Program-made: the position numbers and the translations under genes
Shown: positions 10,495-19,548 of the stretch, piece by piece
How the letters are laid out: every line of letters begins with the position of its first letter
Position numbering within the stretch: position 1 is the first letter of the stretch
The notes under the pieces: model-generated
The model's input: the letters and a program-made list of their open reading frames with translations, nothing else
The model's database searches: none
What the model was told of the DNA's origin: nothing
Assembly: GCA_963813815.1 (NCBI GenBank)
Contig: CAWFAD010000016.1
Span: 224,001 to 288,000, forward strand
Length of the DNA stretch: 64,000 bases
Origin: an uncultured bacterium
GTDB taxonomy: Bacteria > Krumholzibacteriota > Krumholzibacteriia > Krumholzibacteriales > Krumholzibacteriaceae
Direction: 5' to 3'

Positions 10495-11505
10495 ATGGCC
10501 CGTCTCTACCTCGGCATCGAAACGTCCTGCGACGACACCTCCTGCGCGATCTTTTCCGACGAGGACGGCGTCGTCGTGCATCGCACGGCGGCCCAGCTCG
10601 AGCACGCCGTCTACGGCGGGGTCGTTCCGGAGATCGCCTCGCGCTCCCACATGCGGAGCCTCATGCCGCTCTACGAGGACGTGATGGCCCGCGCCGGAGC
10701 CTCGCTCGGCTCGCTCGCCGGCATCGGCGTCACGAACGGACCGGGGCTCACGGGGTCGCTCCTCGTGGGACTCTCGTTCGCCAAGGGGCTCGCCTTCGCC
10801 GCGGGCGTTCCGATCGCCGGCATTCACCACATCGAGGGGCACATTCTCGCGAACGCGCTCGAGGCGCCGCTCGATCTCCCCGCGCTCGTGCTCGTCGTCT
10901 CCGGGGGGCACACGCAGCTCATGCTCATGGAAGAGGTCGGCCGCTACCGTCTCGTCGGCGCCACGCGCGACGACGCGGCGGGGGAGGCGTTCGACAAGAT
11001 CGGAAAGCTCCTCGGGCTCCCCTTTCCCGGCGGCCCCGCGATCGAGCGCGCGGCGCGGCTCGGCTCGCGCGCGGCGCATGATTTTCCGCGGAGCCTGCGG
11101 CAGAGTGGCGCGTACGATTTCTCGTTCTCGGGGCTCAAGACCGCGGTGCGCCTGCGCGTCGAATCGCTCGGCGCGCTCACCGATGCGCTCGTCGCCGACG
11201 TCGCCGCCTCGGCGCAGGAGGCGATCGTCGACATGCTCGTCGAGAAATCGGTCCTCGCCCTCTCGGAAGCGCGGGTGCGGCATTTCTACCTCGCGGGCGG
11301 AGTGGCGGCGAACGGAAGGCTGCGCGAGCGGATAACCGAGGCGCTCGCCGCTCGCCGCGTTCCCGTCTCGTGGCCCCGGCCCGAGTACTGCACCGACAAC
11401 GCCGCGATGATCGCCTGCGCCGCCCGCCACCATCTCTCGGCCGGGCGCGCGGACGGCCTTGCCCTCAATACGTTTCCGCGCGGCGTCCTCGAGAGCTGGC
11501 GGTAA
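10495..11505 (+). CDS. tsaD: tRNA N6-adenosine threonylcarbamoyltransferase
   Basis: GIETSCDDT, GGVVPEIASRSH, HHIEGH, VSGGHT, DDAAGEAFDK, FSFSGLKTA, TDNAAMI. Confidence 0.97.
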   Translation: MARLYLGIETSCDDTSCAIFSDEDGVVVHRTAAQLEHAVYGGVVPEIASRSHMRSLMPLYEDVMARAGASLGSLAGIGVTNGPGLTGSLLVGLSFAKGLAFAAGVPIAGIHHIEGHILANALEAPLDLPALVLVVSGGHTQLMLMEEVGRYRLVGATRDDAAGEAFDKIGKLLGLPFPGGPAIERAARLGSRAAHDFPRSLRQSGAYDFSFSGLKTAVRLRVESLGALTDALVADVAASAQEAIVDMLVEKSVLALSEARVRHFYLAGGVAANGRLRERITEALAARRVPVSWPRPEYCTDNAAMIACAARHHLSAGRADGLALNTFPRGVLESWR

Positions 11506-11673
11506 CCGGCCGCCCGCCCCCCTCCCGGTATCTTTCTGCGAAAAGCGATTGCACTTTGGCCCTTGGCACATGGCCGCCAGAGCCTCGCCGCCGGAGCGCG
11601 CAACCCGTTCCAAATCATGCAGTTGATACTTGCCGGCGGCCTTTCCCGCCCCCTCGCCGCGGCGCGCCGACCC

Positions 11674-11690
11674 TTGGCATAAAGATTGCG
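11674..11690 (+). promoter_or_regulatory. Sigma54 (-24/-12) promoter of the signalling operon
   Basis: TTGGCAT-AAAGA-TTGCG matches TGGCAC-N5-TTGC with correct spacing, about 70 nt upstream of ATG 11763. Confidence 0.7.
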
Positions 11691-11762
11691 TGGCAAGGGG
11701 TTGCCGTCTACCGGCTCACCGTGCAGGGTCGAGTTTTACACCGCCCCGCGAGGTTTACGTCA

Positions 11763-12740
11763 ATGGAACGGTCCGGCCAAAAGCAGGGCTACAAAATACT
11801 CATAGTGGACGACGAGGATCACATCCGCCGCATCCTCAGGTTCCAGCTCGAGAAGCATCAGTACCGCGTCATCGAGGCCGAGAACGGCGAGATCGCCCTC
11901 GAGCTCGTGCGGCGGGAGGCGCCGGATCTCGTCCTCCTCGACCTCATGATGCCGAAGCTCGACGGGTTCGAGACGTGCCTGCGGATCCGGAAGAATTTCC
12001 AGACGGCCCAGATACCGATCATCATGCTCACGGCGAAGAGCGAGCTCCCCGACAAGATCAAGGGGCTCCAGAACGGGGCGAACGACTATCTCACGAAGCC
12101 GTACGCGAACGAGGAGCTTCTGCTCCGCGTTCGCAACGTGCTCGAGTGGAGCCTCAAGCAGAAAGAGGCGAACCCGCTCACCGGGCTCCCCGGAAACCGC
12201 GCCATCGAGAAGGAAGTCCAGCGCCGCATCGAAGGCAGGGAGTCGTTCGCGTTCCTCTATCTCGACATCGACAATTTCAAGGCGTACAACGACCACTACG
12301 GCTATCAGAAGGGCGACGAAGCGATCCTATTTCTCGCGGACATCGTGACGGAGTCGGTGAACTCGCTCGGCGGAGCGAGCGACTTCGTCGGCCACATCGG
12401 CGGAGACGATTTCGTCGTCATCACCTCGCCGGCCCGCGCGGAGTTCATCTCGCGGCACATCATCGACGAGTTCGACAAGGGTTCCCTCATCCTCCTGAAC
12501 GAGGAGGACATCCGGCGCGGATACATGGAGATGCGGAACCGCCTCGGCGAGATCCGCCGCATGCCGCTCATGTCGCTCACGGTGGCGCTCGTGATGGACG
12601 AAGAAGCCAAGCTCAAGCACTACGCGCAGGTAAACGACATCGCGAGCGAGCTCAAGCGCTACGGCAAGGGGCTCTCGGGAAGCGTCGTCGTTCGCGAGCG
12701 GCGCAAGACGAACGAGCCGATACAGCAGATAAAAACGTGA
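11763..12740 (+). CDS. Response regulator with GGDEF (diguanylate cyclase) domain
   Basis: REC (ILIVDD, LLDLMMP, LTAK, KPY) followed by NPLTGLPGN, DIDNFKAYNDHYG, GHIGGDDF. Confidence 0.92.
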   Translation: MERSGQKQGYKILIVDDEDHIRRILRFQLEKHQYRVIEAENGEIALELVRREAPDLVLLDLMMPKLDGFETCLRIRKNFQTAQIPIIMLTAKSELPDKIKGLQNGANDYLTKPYANEELLLRVRNVLEWSLKQKEANPLTGLPGNRAIEKEVQRRIEGRESFAFLYLDIDNFKAYNDHYGYQKGDEAILFLADIVTESVNSLGGASDFVGHIGGDDFVVITSPARAEFISRHIIDEFDKGSLILLNEEDIRRGYMEMRNRLGEIRRMPLMSLTVALVMDEEAKLKHYAQVNDIASELKRYGKGLSGSVVVRERRKTNEPIQQIKT

Positions 12741-12803
12741 GCGCGCCGCCGGCTTCGAACGGGGCCGGCGCGGCGCGGTCGCGATCATGGGGGATAGGGG
12801 CTC

Positions 12804-13613
12804 ATGCGACAGGGTCGGGGCAACGGAGAAGCTCTCGCGGACGCCCGGGCGGAGATCGACGGGCTTCGCCGCGAGCTCGCCCGCTACCGGGGCGTCTTCG
12901 ACTCGGCGAGGCTCGTCGTCGGACACGAGCTCGCCAAGCCGCTCACGGCGGCGAGCGGATATCTCGATCTTCTCGAGGAGCGGCGCGGCGCCTCGTTCGA
13001 CGAGCGCGATCGCGCCTACATCGCCAAGATGCGGAGCTCGTTCGCGCGCCTCGGCGAGCTCGTCGACGCGTTCGTCGACATGCTCCGGGCGGAGCACGAG
13101 GCCGGCGATCTCGGGGTCGTCGAGCGCGTGGACGTCCGCGAGCTCGCGGAAGCGGTTCGAGGGCGGTTCGAGAGCGCGAGCGCCCGGATCTCGCTCAACC
13201 TTCCGGCGAATCCGCCGCCGATCGTCGCGCGGCGCCGGTGCATCGAGGTCGTTCTCGAAAATCTCGTTTCGAACGCCGTCAAGCACGGCGAGGGGCGGCC
13301 CGTCGCCGTCACCGTGGCGCTCGCGAAGAGCGGCGGGGGCGCCCCCGCGGAGCACCTCCTCACGATCACGGTGGAGGATCGAGGGGCGGGCATTCCCGAA
13401 GACCAGATCGAAAGCATCTTCACGCCCTTCTTCCGCGTCGAGAACGGAAAGAAGCAGGACGGGCTCGGTCTCGGGCTCGCGCTCGTGAAGAGCATCGTCG
13501 CCATTATAAACGGAGAGATACGCGTTCGCAGCAAACCGGGAGAGGGAACAGCGGTGACCGTCGTCGTTCCGGTCATGAGCGACGGCGCGCTCGTGCTCGA
13601 TACCGTTGGATAA
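12804..13613 (+). CDS. Histidine kinase without an obvious sensor domain (HisKA + HATPase)
   Basis: H box GHELAKPLT, N box NLVSNAVKH, G1 DRGAGI, F box, G2 GLGLGLA. Confidence 0.88.
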   Translation: MRQGRGNGEALADARAEIDGLRRELARYRGVFDSARLVVGHELAKPLTAASGYLDLLEERRGASFDERDRAYIAKMRSSFARLGELVDAFVDMLRAEHEAGDLGVVERVDVRELAEAVRGRFESASARISLNLPANPPPIVARRRCIEVVLENLVSNAVKHGEGRPVAVTVALAKSGGGAPAEHLLTITVEDRGAGIPEDQIESIFTPFFRVENGKKQDGLGLGLALVKSIVAIINGEIRVRSKPGEGTAVTVVVPVMSDGALVLDTVG

Positions 13614-13622
13614 GGGAGTGAC

Positions 13623-16613
13623 ATGAGCGTTCGTGAAAAAGCGGAAGACCGGGTTCAGTCGGCTCTCAGCATACAGCAGGTGAGGGCCGTCGAACTCGTT
13701 TCGATATTCTTCATCGTGTTCGCGGCGCATGAGATCGCGGGGTTCGTCTACCGGACGGGTCTCATGATCCTCGTCTTCCTCGGAGCGACGCTGCTCAACC
13801 TCGTCGTCGCGGGACTCGAGGGCTCCTGCTCGCAGGGCGGGGCGGCGATTTTCCGGCGGCGGGGAGGGTGGGAGTGGTGCACCGTATGCATCGACTGCGT
13901 GAGCGCGCTCGGTCTCATCTACCTCACCGGCTCCGCGGAGAGCCCCTTTCTCTTTCTCGTGGTGATTCCGCTCTTCTTCGCCGGGCGCCTGCTGCCGCCG
14001 ATCCCGGCCGGCTTCGCGGTGACGTCGTTCACGGTCGGCGCGCTCGGCGCTCTGGGAGCGCTCGAGATCCGCGGCGCGATTCCGCATTTCAACGTGTATT
14101 CCGTCGATTCGGCGGTTCCCGAGGGCGGGCACTACCTCGCCGGCATGCTCCTCGTGCTCGCCGGATTCATGAGCCTCATGACCTACCTCTTCTCGAACTT
14201 CTACGGCAACTTCAACGTCTCGATCCGGCGCGCCGAGGACCGGCTCCTGACCTCGCGCAAGCGCATACTCGAGCTCACGCGCCTCTACGACATCAGCCTC
14301 GGCATCAATTCGGTCATCAGTCTCGACACGCTCCTCAAGATGGTCGGCAAGGAGATAACGCTCCTGCTGCGGCGGCCGTGGGTGTCGATCGCGCTGATGA
14401 ATCACAAGCGGGAGATCATCGAGCACGTCGAGCTCGGCGAGGGGAGCGGCGAACGCATCGATCCGGGAACGCCGCTCGCGGGCGACTCGTTCCTCGACGA
14501 GATCTGCGCGGCGGAGAGCGGCCTCATCATCGAGGATCTGCGCCGGCATCCGAACCCCGTCTCGTCGCTCGTGAGCGAGCGGGGGCTCGTGTCGTTCCTC
14601 GCCGCCCCGGTCCAGTCGGGCCGCGACGTCCTCGGCGTGCTCATGGCGGGGGATCGCTCCGCGGATCCGTTCACGCCCGACGACGCGCGCCTGCTCACGA
14701 TCCTCTCCGGGCAGGTGGCGATGGCGATCGAGAAGAGCCGCCTCTACGAGGTCATGACCGGACGGATCGAGCGGCTCGAGCGCGAAAACGAGGAGCTGCG
14801 CGACGCGAACAAGCTCAAGATGAGCTACCTCTCGCATCTCTCGCACGAGTTCAAAACGCCGCTCACCTCGATCAAGGCCTACGTCGAATCGCTCGGCGAC
14901 CATATCGACGATCCCTCGTTCCCCGAAAAGCGCGAGTTTCTCGGCGTCATCGAGAGCGAGACGGACCGGCTCATCCGCATGATCAACAAGGTGCTCGACG
15001 TGTCGAAGATCGAGTTCGGCAACCGCACGCCGAAGTGCACGCTCTTCCAGCTCGCGCCGCTCATCGCCGACGTCGAGTCCTCCATGCTGCCGTACCTCCG
15101 CGACAAGAACCTGCGGCTCGTCGCGCAGGTGCCGCCGGGGCTGCCGCACATCGAGGGCGACGAGGATCTCGTGAAGCAGGTCTTCATCAACCTGATCGGA
15201 AACGCGGTCAAGTTCTCCCCGGCCGGTTCGCGCATACTCATCGAGGCGGTCGAGGACGCGGCGGCGGTCAAGATCTCCGTTTCGGACGAAGGGATTGGGA
15301 TCGCCGAGGAAGATATGCAGCACATCTTCAAGCAATTCTATCAGGTGCGGCGGGGCGCGAGCGAGGGCGTCGGCCTCGGACTCGCGATCGTGAAGAACAT
15401 CATCGAGCAGCACGGCGGCTACATCAACGTGTCGAGCCGGGTCGGCAAGGGAAGCACGTTCACCTTCACGCTGCCGAAGCAGCACCACTTCAACGATCTC
15501 CTCGGAAACGTCTTCGACTCGGTCGACGCGCGGGCCGAGATTCAGGAAGTGCTCCAGCTCGCCGTGAAGGTGATCGCCGAGATGCTCTCGGCGAAGATCG
15601 TCTCCCTCATGCTGCTCGATCAGGAGAGCAAGGAGCTCTTCATCAAGGTCGCCTACGGCCTCGACGAGCGCGTCGTCTCCCACGCGCGGGCGCGCCTCGG
15701 CGAGGGGATCGCCGGCAAGGTGGCCGAATCCGGAGAGCCGCTTCTCATCGAGAACGTCGAGCGGAGCCCGCTCAAGAGCGCTCCGAACAATCCGCAGTAC
15801 GAGACCAAATCGCTCGTGAGCGTGCCGCTCAAGATCGGCTCGTCCGTCGTCGGCGTCATCAACGCGAACAACAAGACCTCGGGCAAGCCGTTCAACCAGG
15901 ACGATCTCGCGCTCCTCATGAGCCTCAGCCAACGCTTCTCGAAGGTGATCGAGCGCGTGCGCACGACCGAGACCCCGCAGGCGTATCTCGCCGAGGCGAT
16001 CGAGTCGCTGCGGTCGCTGCTGGCCGCACGCAAGCGCGAGGCCCCGGAGGCCCACAACGATATCGTTCGCTGGTCGGTCCAGACGGCGCGGAGGCTCCGG
16101 CTGAGCGAGAAAGAGGTTCGGGTGATCCAGTACGTCTCGAGCGTGCACGACGTCGGCATGACGTTCGTGAGCGAGGAAATCCTCAAGAAAACGCTCGAGC
16201 TCTCCGCGACGGAGATGGACGAGATCCGCAAGCATCCGCAGCGCGGCGCGGCGGTTCTCCGCCCGCTCGAGTTCGTGGAGCTCGTGAGCCAGAGCATTCT
16301 GTTCCACCACGAGCGGCCCGACGGGCGCGGGTATCCGATGGGGCTCCGCGGCGAGCAGATTCCCATCGGTTCGCGGATTCTCGCCGCGATCGACGCCTAT
16401 ACGTCGATGGTGAGCGATCGGCCCTTCCGGGGCCGCTGCTCGCCGGCGGACGCGGTCGACGAGCTCGTGCGGCACGCGGGCACGCAGTTCGATCCGCGCG
16501 TCGTCTCGGCCTTCATCGAGGTTCTCATGGACGAGGGGTACATCGAGGTGGACGCCCATACGCGTCTCGCCGAGGCGCTCCGCTCGGCGCACAAGCACCA
16601 CCTGGTGCCGTAG
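13623..16613 (+). CDS. Membrane-anchored GAF-histidine kinase-GAF-HD-GYP fusion protein
   Basis: N-terminal TM bundle, GAF, SHEFKTPLTSI, NLIGNAVKF, GVGLGLAI, second GAF (GEGIAGKVA), HDVG...HHERPDGRGYP. Confidence 0.88.
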   Translation: MSVREKAEDRVQSALSIQQVRAVELVSIFFIVFAAHEIAGFVYRTGLMILVFLGATLLNLVVAGLEGSCSQGGAAIFRRRGGWEWCTVCIDCVSALGLIYLTGSAESPFLFLVVIPLFFAGRLLPPIPAGFAVTSFTVGALGALGALEIRGAIPHFNVYSVDSAVPEGGHYLAGMLLVLAGFMSLMTYLFSNFYGNFNVSIRRAEDRLLTSRKRILELTRLYDISLGINSVISLDTLLKMVGKEITLLLRRPWVSIALMNHKREIIEHVELGEGSGERIDPGTPLAGDSFLDEICAAESGLIIEDLRRHPNPVSSLVSERGLVSFLAAPVQSGRDVLGVLMAGDRSADPFTPDDARLLTILSGQVAMAIEKSRLYEVMTGRIERLERENEELRDANKLKMSYLSHLSHEFKTPLTSIKAYVESLGDHIDDPSFPEKREFLGVIESETDRLIRMINKVLDVSKIEFGNRTPKCTLFQLAPLIADVESSMLPYLRDKNLRLVAQVPPGLPHIEGDEDLVKQVFINLIGNAVKFSPAGSRILIEAVEDAAAVKISVSDEGIGIAEEDMQHIFKQFYQVRRGASEGVGLGLAIVKNIIEQHGGYINVSSRVGKGSTFTFTLPKQHHFNDLLGNVFDSVDARAEIQEVLQLAVKVIAEMLSAKIVSLMLLDQESKELFIKVAYGLDERVVSHARARLGEGIAGKVAESGEPLLIENVERSPLKSAPNNPQYETKSLVSVPLKIGSSVVGVINANNKTSGKPFNQDDLALLMSLSQRFSKVIERVRTTETPQAYLAEAIESLRSLLAARKREAPEAHNDIVRWSVQTARRLRLSEKEVRVIQYVSSVHDVGMTFVSEEILKKTLELSATEMDEIRKHPQRGAAVLRPLEFVELVSQSILFHHERPDGRGYPMGLRGEQIPIGSRILAAIDAYTSMVSDRPFRGRCSPADAVDELVRHAGTQFDPRVVSAFIEVLMDEGYIEVDAHTRLAEALRSAHKHHLVP

Positions 16614-16625
16614 AGGAGGAACGCG

Positions 16626-19127
16626 GTGTTCGAAGCTCTCAAGAGCAGGCCGCGAGCCGCCGCCCGCCGCGCGGGCGATGCGGGCGCTTCCCCGCTCGAG
16701 CCGGTCATCGACCGGTTCGCCGCGGTGAGCGACCTCATCCTCTCCGACGCGCCGGCCCCGCAGGTCCTCGACGCCGTCACGGCCGCCGTCGCGGCGAGCA
16801 TCGGCGCCGAGTTCGTCATCCTGCGGATCGCCAAGCCGGAAGTGGACGCGTTCGAGGTGCGCTCGCACGCGGGCCTCTCCTTCGATCGGCCGGCGCCGCT
16901 CTCGGCCTTCGCCGTCTCGCGCGACGCGTGGACGTCGCTGCGGCGAAGCGACCGGACGTGCGGGGAAGGCTTTCTCCTCGAGGAACGCGACGCGGCCGCC
17001 GTCGCGGAGAGCGTCGTTCCCCGGCATCTCGCGTGGGACGGGCGCCGGGTGTTCGTCGCCGGGATCGGCGACGAACGGGGGCATACGGGATTTTTCACCG
17101 CGGGATTTTTCTCGGGGCCGGTCGATCCGCGGATCGCGGCGATCGTGCGGTGCTTCTCGGGCGCGGTTCTTCAGGTGCTCCGGCGCGACGCGGCGAGGAG
17201 CGAGCTCCGCGAACGGGAGCGGGCGCTCGCGACGTGCCGGGAGGAGCTCGACGGCGTCGGCCAGCTCAAATCGAATTTTCTCTCGGTGGTGTCGCACGAG
17301 CTGCGCACCCCGCTCACGTCGATCAAGGCGTACAACGAGACGCTCCTCGAGAACATGGACACGATCAAGCGCGAGACGCTCGAGGACTTTCTCCGGGTGA
17401 TGAGCGAGGAAAACGAGCGGGTCATATCGCTCGTCGACAGCATGCTGAACTACTCGCGGCTCGAGACGGGGCATCTCAAGGTCGAGCGCGCGCCGTGCAA
17501 TCTCAACAAGCTCGTCGAGGAGGTTCACTATTCGCTCCGCGAGGCCTTCCTCGCGAGAGACATCGGCACGGAGCTGCGGCTGCCGCGCCATGCGTGCCGG
17601 CTCGACGCCGACCGGGAGCTCATCCGGCAGCTGCTCCAGAACCTCATGAGCAACGCGTCGAAATTCACGCCGGCGGGGGGCAGGGTGACGATCACGCTCG
17701 AGGAGGAGGCCTCCGCGGCGCGCATCGTCGTGCAGGACACGGGGCCGGGCATTCCCGAGGACCAGCTCGAGAAGGTTTTCGAGCGATTCTATCAGGTGGA
17801 TACGAGCGATACGCGCGAGCACGGCGGCTCGGGGCTCGGGCTCGCGATCTGCAAGAACATCGTCGAGTGGCACGACGGCAGCATCTGGGTCGAAAACGTG
17901 AAGGACGCGGGGGCGAAGTTCGTCGTGGTGCTGCCGATGAAGGACATCATCGTCCGGCAGACCTCCGCCTCCCAGATCGGCGGCTACCGGCGGTTCGAGC
18001 GCGAGCGGTATCTGACGCTCCTCGTCGAGATGCTCGCCGAGTTTCTGCAGGCCCGCAAGGCCTCGATCATGCTCCTCGACCGCGACCAGCAGATGCTGCG
18101 CATCGTCGCGGCGAAGGGGCTCGACCCGGACTTCGTCCAGAACACCCGCCTCGTGCTCGGAGAGCGGATCGCGGGGAAGGTGGCCGAAACCGGAGAGCCG
18201 CTCCACGTGTTCGACATCGAAAGCGACGCCGACTACGGCAGAGCCAACAACACGCTCTTCTACGGCACGCGCTCGTTCATATCGGTGCCGCTCAAGGACG
18301 GCGCCGAAACGATCGGCGTGCTCAACGTGAGCGACCACGTCGAGGGCCGCGAGTTCACGCGCGCGGACCGGGAGATTCTCGAGGCGCTCGGCGGCATCAT
18401 CGTCGGCATGCTGAAGAAGCTCGACGCCTACGAGAAGGTGTCGGCGAATTTCGAGAAGCTGAAGTGCGCGATGCGCGCCATTCTCGACATGCGGGAGGCG
18501 TGGGGGAGCCGCATTCTCATGAATCTCACCCTCATCGCCCTCACCGTCGGCGAGCGGCTCAACCTCGACGAGCGTTCGCTCACGGCGCTCCGTCTCGGAA
18601 TGAATCTCTACGATCTCGGACTCATGAAGATACCGCGCACGATCCGGGTCAAGCGCGAGGAGCTCACGGAGAAGGAGCGGGAAACGCTTCGCGGGCACGC
18701 GAACGTCGGATATGCGCTCATCTCGCCGATGGGGCTCGAGGACCGGATCATGAAGATGGTGCGCGGCCATCACGAGCACTTCGACGGCACGGGATACCCG
18801 GACGGCCTCGCCGGATCGGAGATCCCGGTCGAGGCGCGAATCGTGAGCGTGGTCGACGCGTTTCGCGCGCTCATGAGCGAGGGCCCCTACCGGCGGACGT
18901 TCTCTCTGGAGGAGGCCCGCGCGGAGATCGAAGCGGGCGCGGGCACGCGGTTCGACCCGCTCGTCGTCGCGGCTTTCGGCGACGCGCTCGATCTTCTCGG
19001 CGCGCGCACGCGGGGCCGCGAGCTCGTGCTCGAGGCCTTCGAGCGGGAGCTCGAGCGCGAACGCAGCGCGCGGCGGCGGAATAACGATACGAATCAAGCG
19101 GCAGCATCGAAGGAGGACACTCGATGA
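16626..19127 (+). CDS. Cytoplasmic GAF-like-histidine kinase-GAF-degenerate HD-GYP fusion protein
   Basis: SHELRTPLTSI, NLMSNASKF, GGSGLGLAI, GAF (GERIAGKVA), YDLG in place of HD, HHEHFDGTGYP. Confidence 0.86.
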   Translation: MFEALKSRPRAAARRAGDAGASPLEPVIDRFAAVSDLILSDAPAPQVLDAVTAAVAASIGAEFVILRIAKPEVDAFEVRSHAGLSFDRPAPLSAFAVSRDAWTSLRRSDRTCGEGFLLEERDAAAVAESVVPRHLAWDGRRVFVAGIGDERGHTGFFTAGFFSGPVDPRIAAIVRCFSGAVLQVLRRDAARSELRERERALATCREELDGVGQLKSNFLSVVSHELRTPLTSIKAYNETLLENMDTIKRETLEDFLRVMSEENERVISLVDSMLNYSRLETGHLKVERAPCNLNKLVEEVHYSLREAFLARDIGTELRLPRHACRLDADRELIRQLLQNLMSNASKFTPAGGRVTITLEEEASAARIVVQDTGPGIPEDQLEKVFERFYQVDTSDTREHGGSGLGLAICKNIVEWHDGSIWVENVKDAGAKFVVVLPMKDIIVRQTSASQIGGYRRFERERYLTLLVEMLAEFLQARKASIMLLDRDQQMLRIVAAKGLDPDFVQNTRLVLGERIAGKVAETGEPLHVFDIESDADYGRANNTLFYGTRSFISVPLKDGAETIGVLNVSDHVEGREFTRADREILEALGGIIVGMLKKLDAYEKVSANFEKLKCAMRAILDMREAWGSRILMNLTLIALTVGERLNLDERSLTALRLGMNLYDLGLMKIPRTIRVKREELTEKERETLRGHANVGYALISPMGLEDRIMKMVRGHHEHFDGTGYPDGLAGSEIPVEARIVSVVDAFRALMSEGPYRRTFSLEEARAEIEAGAGTRFDPLVVAAFGDALDLLGARTRGRELVLEAFERELERERSARRRNNDTNQAAASKEDTR

Positions 19128-19501
19128 AGAAGGGAAGAATCCTGGTCGTGGACGACGAGGTGAACATCACGCAGATATTGCAGTTCAGCATCGGCGCCGA
19201 GGGATTCGAGGTCTTGACCGCGCAGAACGGCGAGGAAGCGATCGAGAAGGCCCGCCGCGAGCAACCCGATCTCATCATCCTCGACATCATGATGCCGAAG
19301 ATCGACGGTTACGAGGCGTGCCGCATTCTCAAGGCGAATCCCCTCACGCGGCACATCCCCGTCGTGCTCCTCACGGCGAAGGGGCGCGAGATCGACAAGC
19401 GGCTCGGGCAGGAGGTCGGCGCGACCGATTACATCGTGAAGCCGTTCAGCCCGAACAAGCTCATCGAGCGAATCCATCAGCTCCTCTCGTGCCACAAATG
19501 A
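19124..19501 (+). CDS. Single-domain response regulator
   Basis: ILVVDDE, IILDIMMP, LLTAK, KPF; overlaps upstream stop (ATGA). Confidence 0.93.
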   Translation: MKKGRILVVDDEVNITQILQFSIGAEGFEVLTAQNGEEAIEKARREQPDLIILDIMMPKIDGYEACRILKANPLTRHIPVVLLTAKGREIDKRLGQEVGATDYIVKPFSPNKLIERIHQLLSCHK

Positions 19502-19511
19502 CCTTTTGACG

Positions 19512-19541
19512 TTGCCGGCCGAGCGGCGGCTCCCGTATCCT
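19512..19541 (+). promoter_or_regulatory. Putative sigma70 promoter of priA (leaderless-type)
   Basis: TTGCCG-18 nt-TATCCT, 7 nt before the ATG, no SD. Confidence 0.45.
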
Positions 19542-19548
19542 GTCCGGT

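Noticed and set aside
11691..11705. Second sigma54-like site TGGCAAGGGGTTGC
   Set aside because: GG-GC spacing is one base short of the strict requirement.
12250..12420. GGDEF domain as a Hypr-type cGAMP synthase
   Set aside because: The specificity position holds the canonical Asp (GYQKGD), not the Ser typical of Hypr enzymes.
12327..19097. Very long antisense or off-frame ORFs (e.g. 12327-19097, 13868-19084, 55313-59860, 60330-63884, 816-3899, 7020-10154)
   Set aside because: Shadows of real genes caused by extreme GC3 bias and scarce stop codons; no recognisable motifs.
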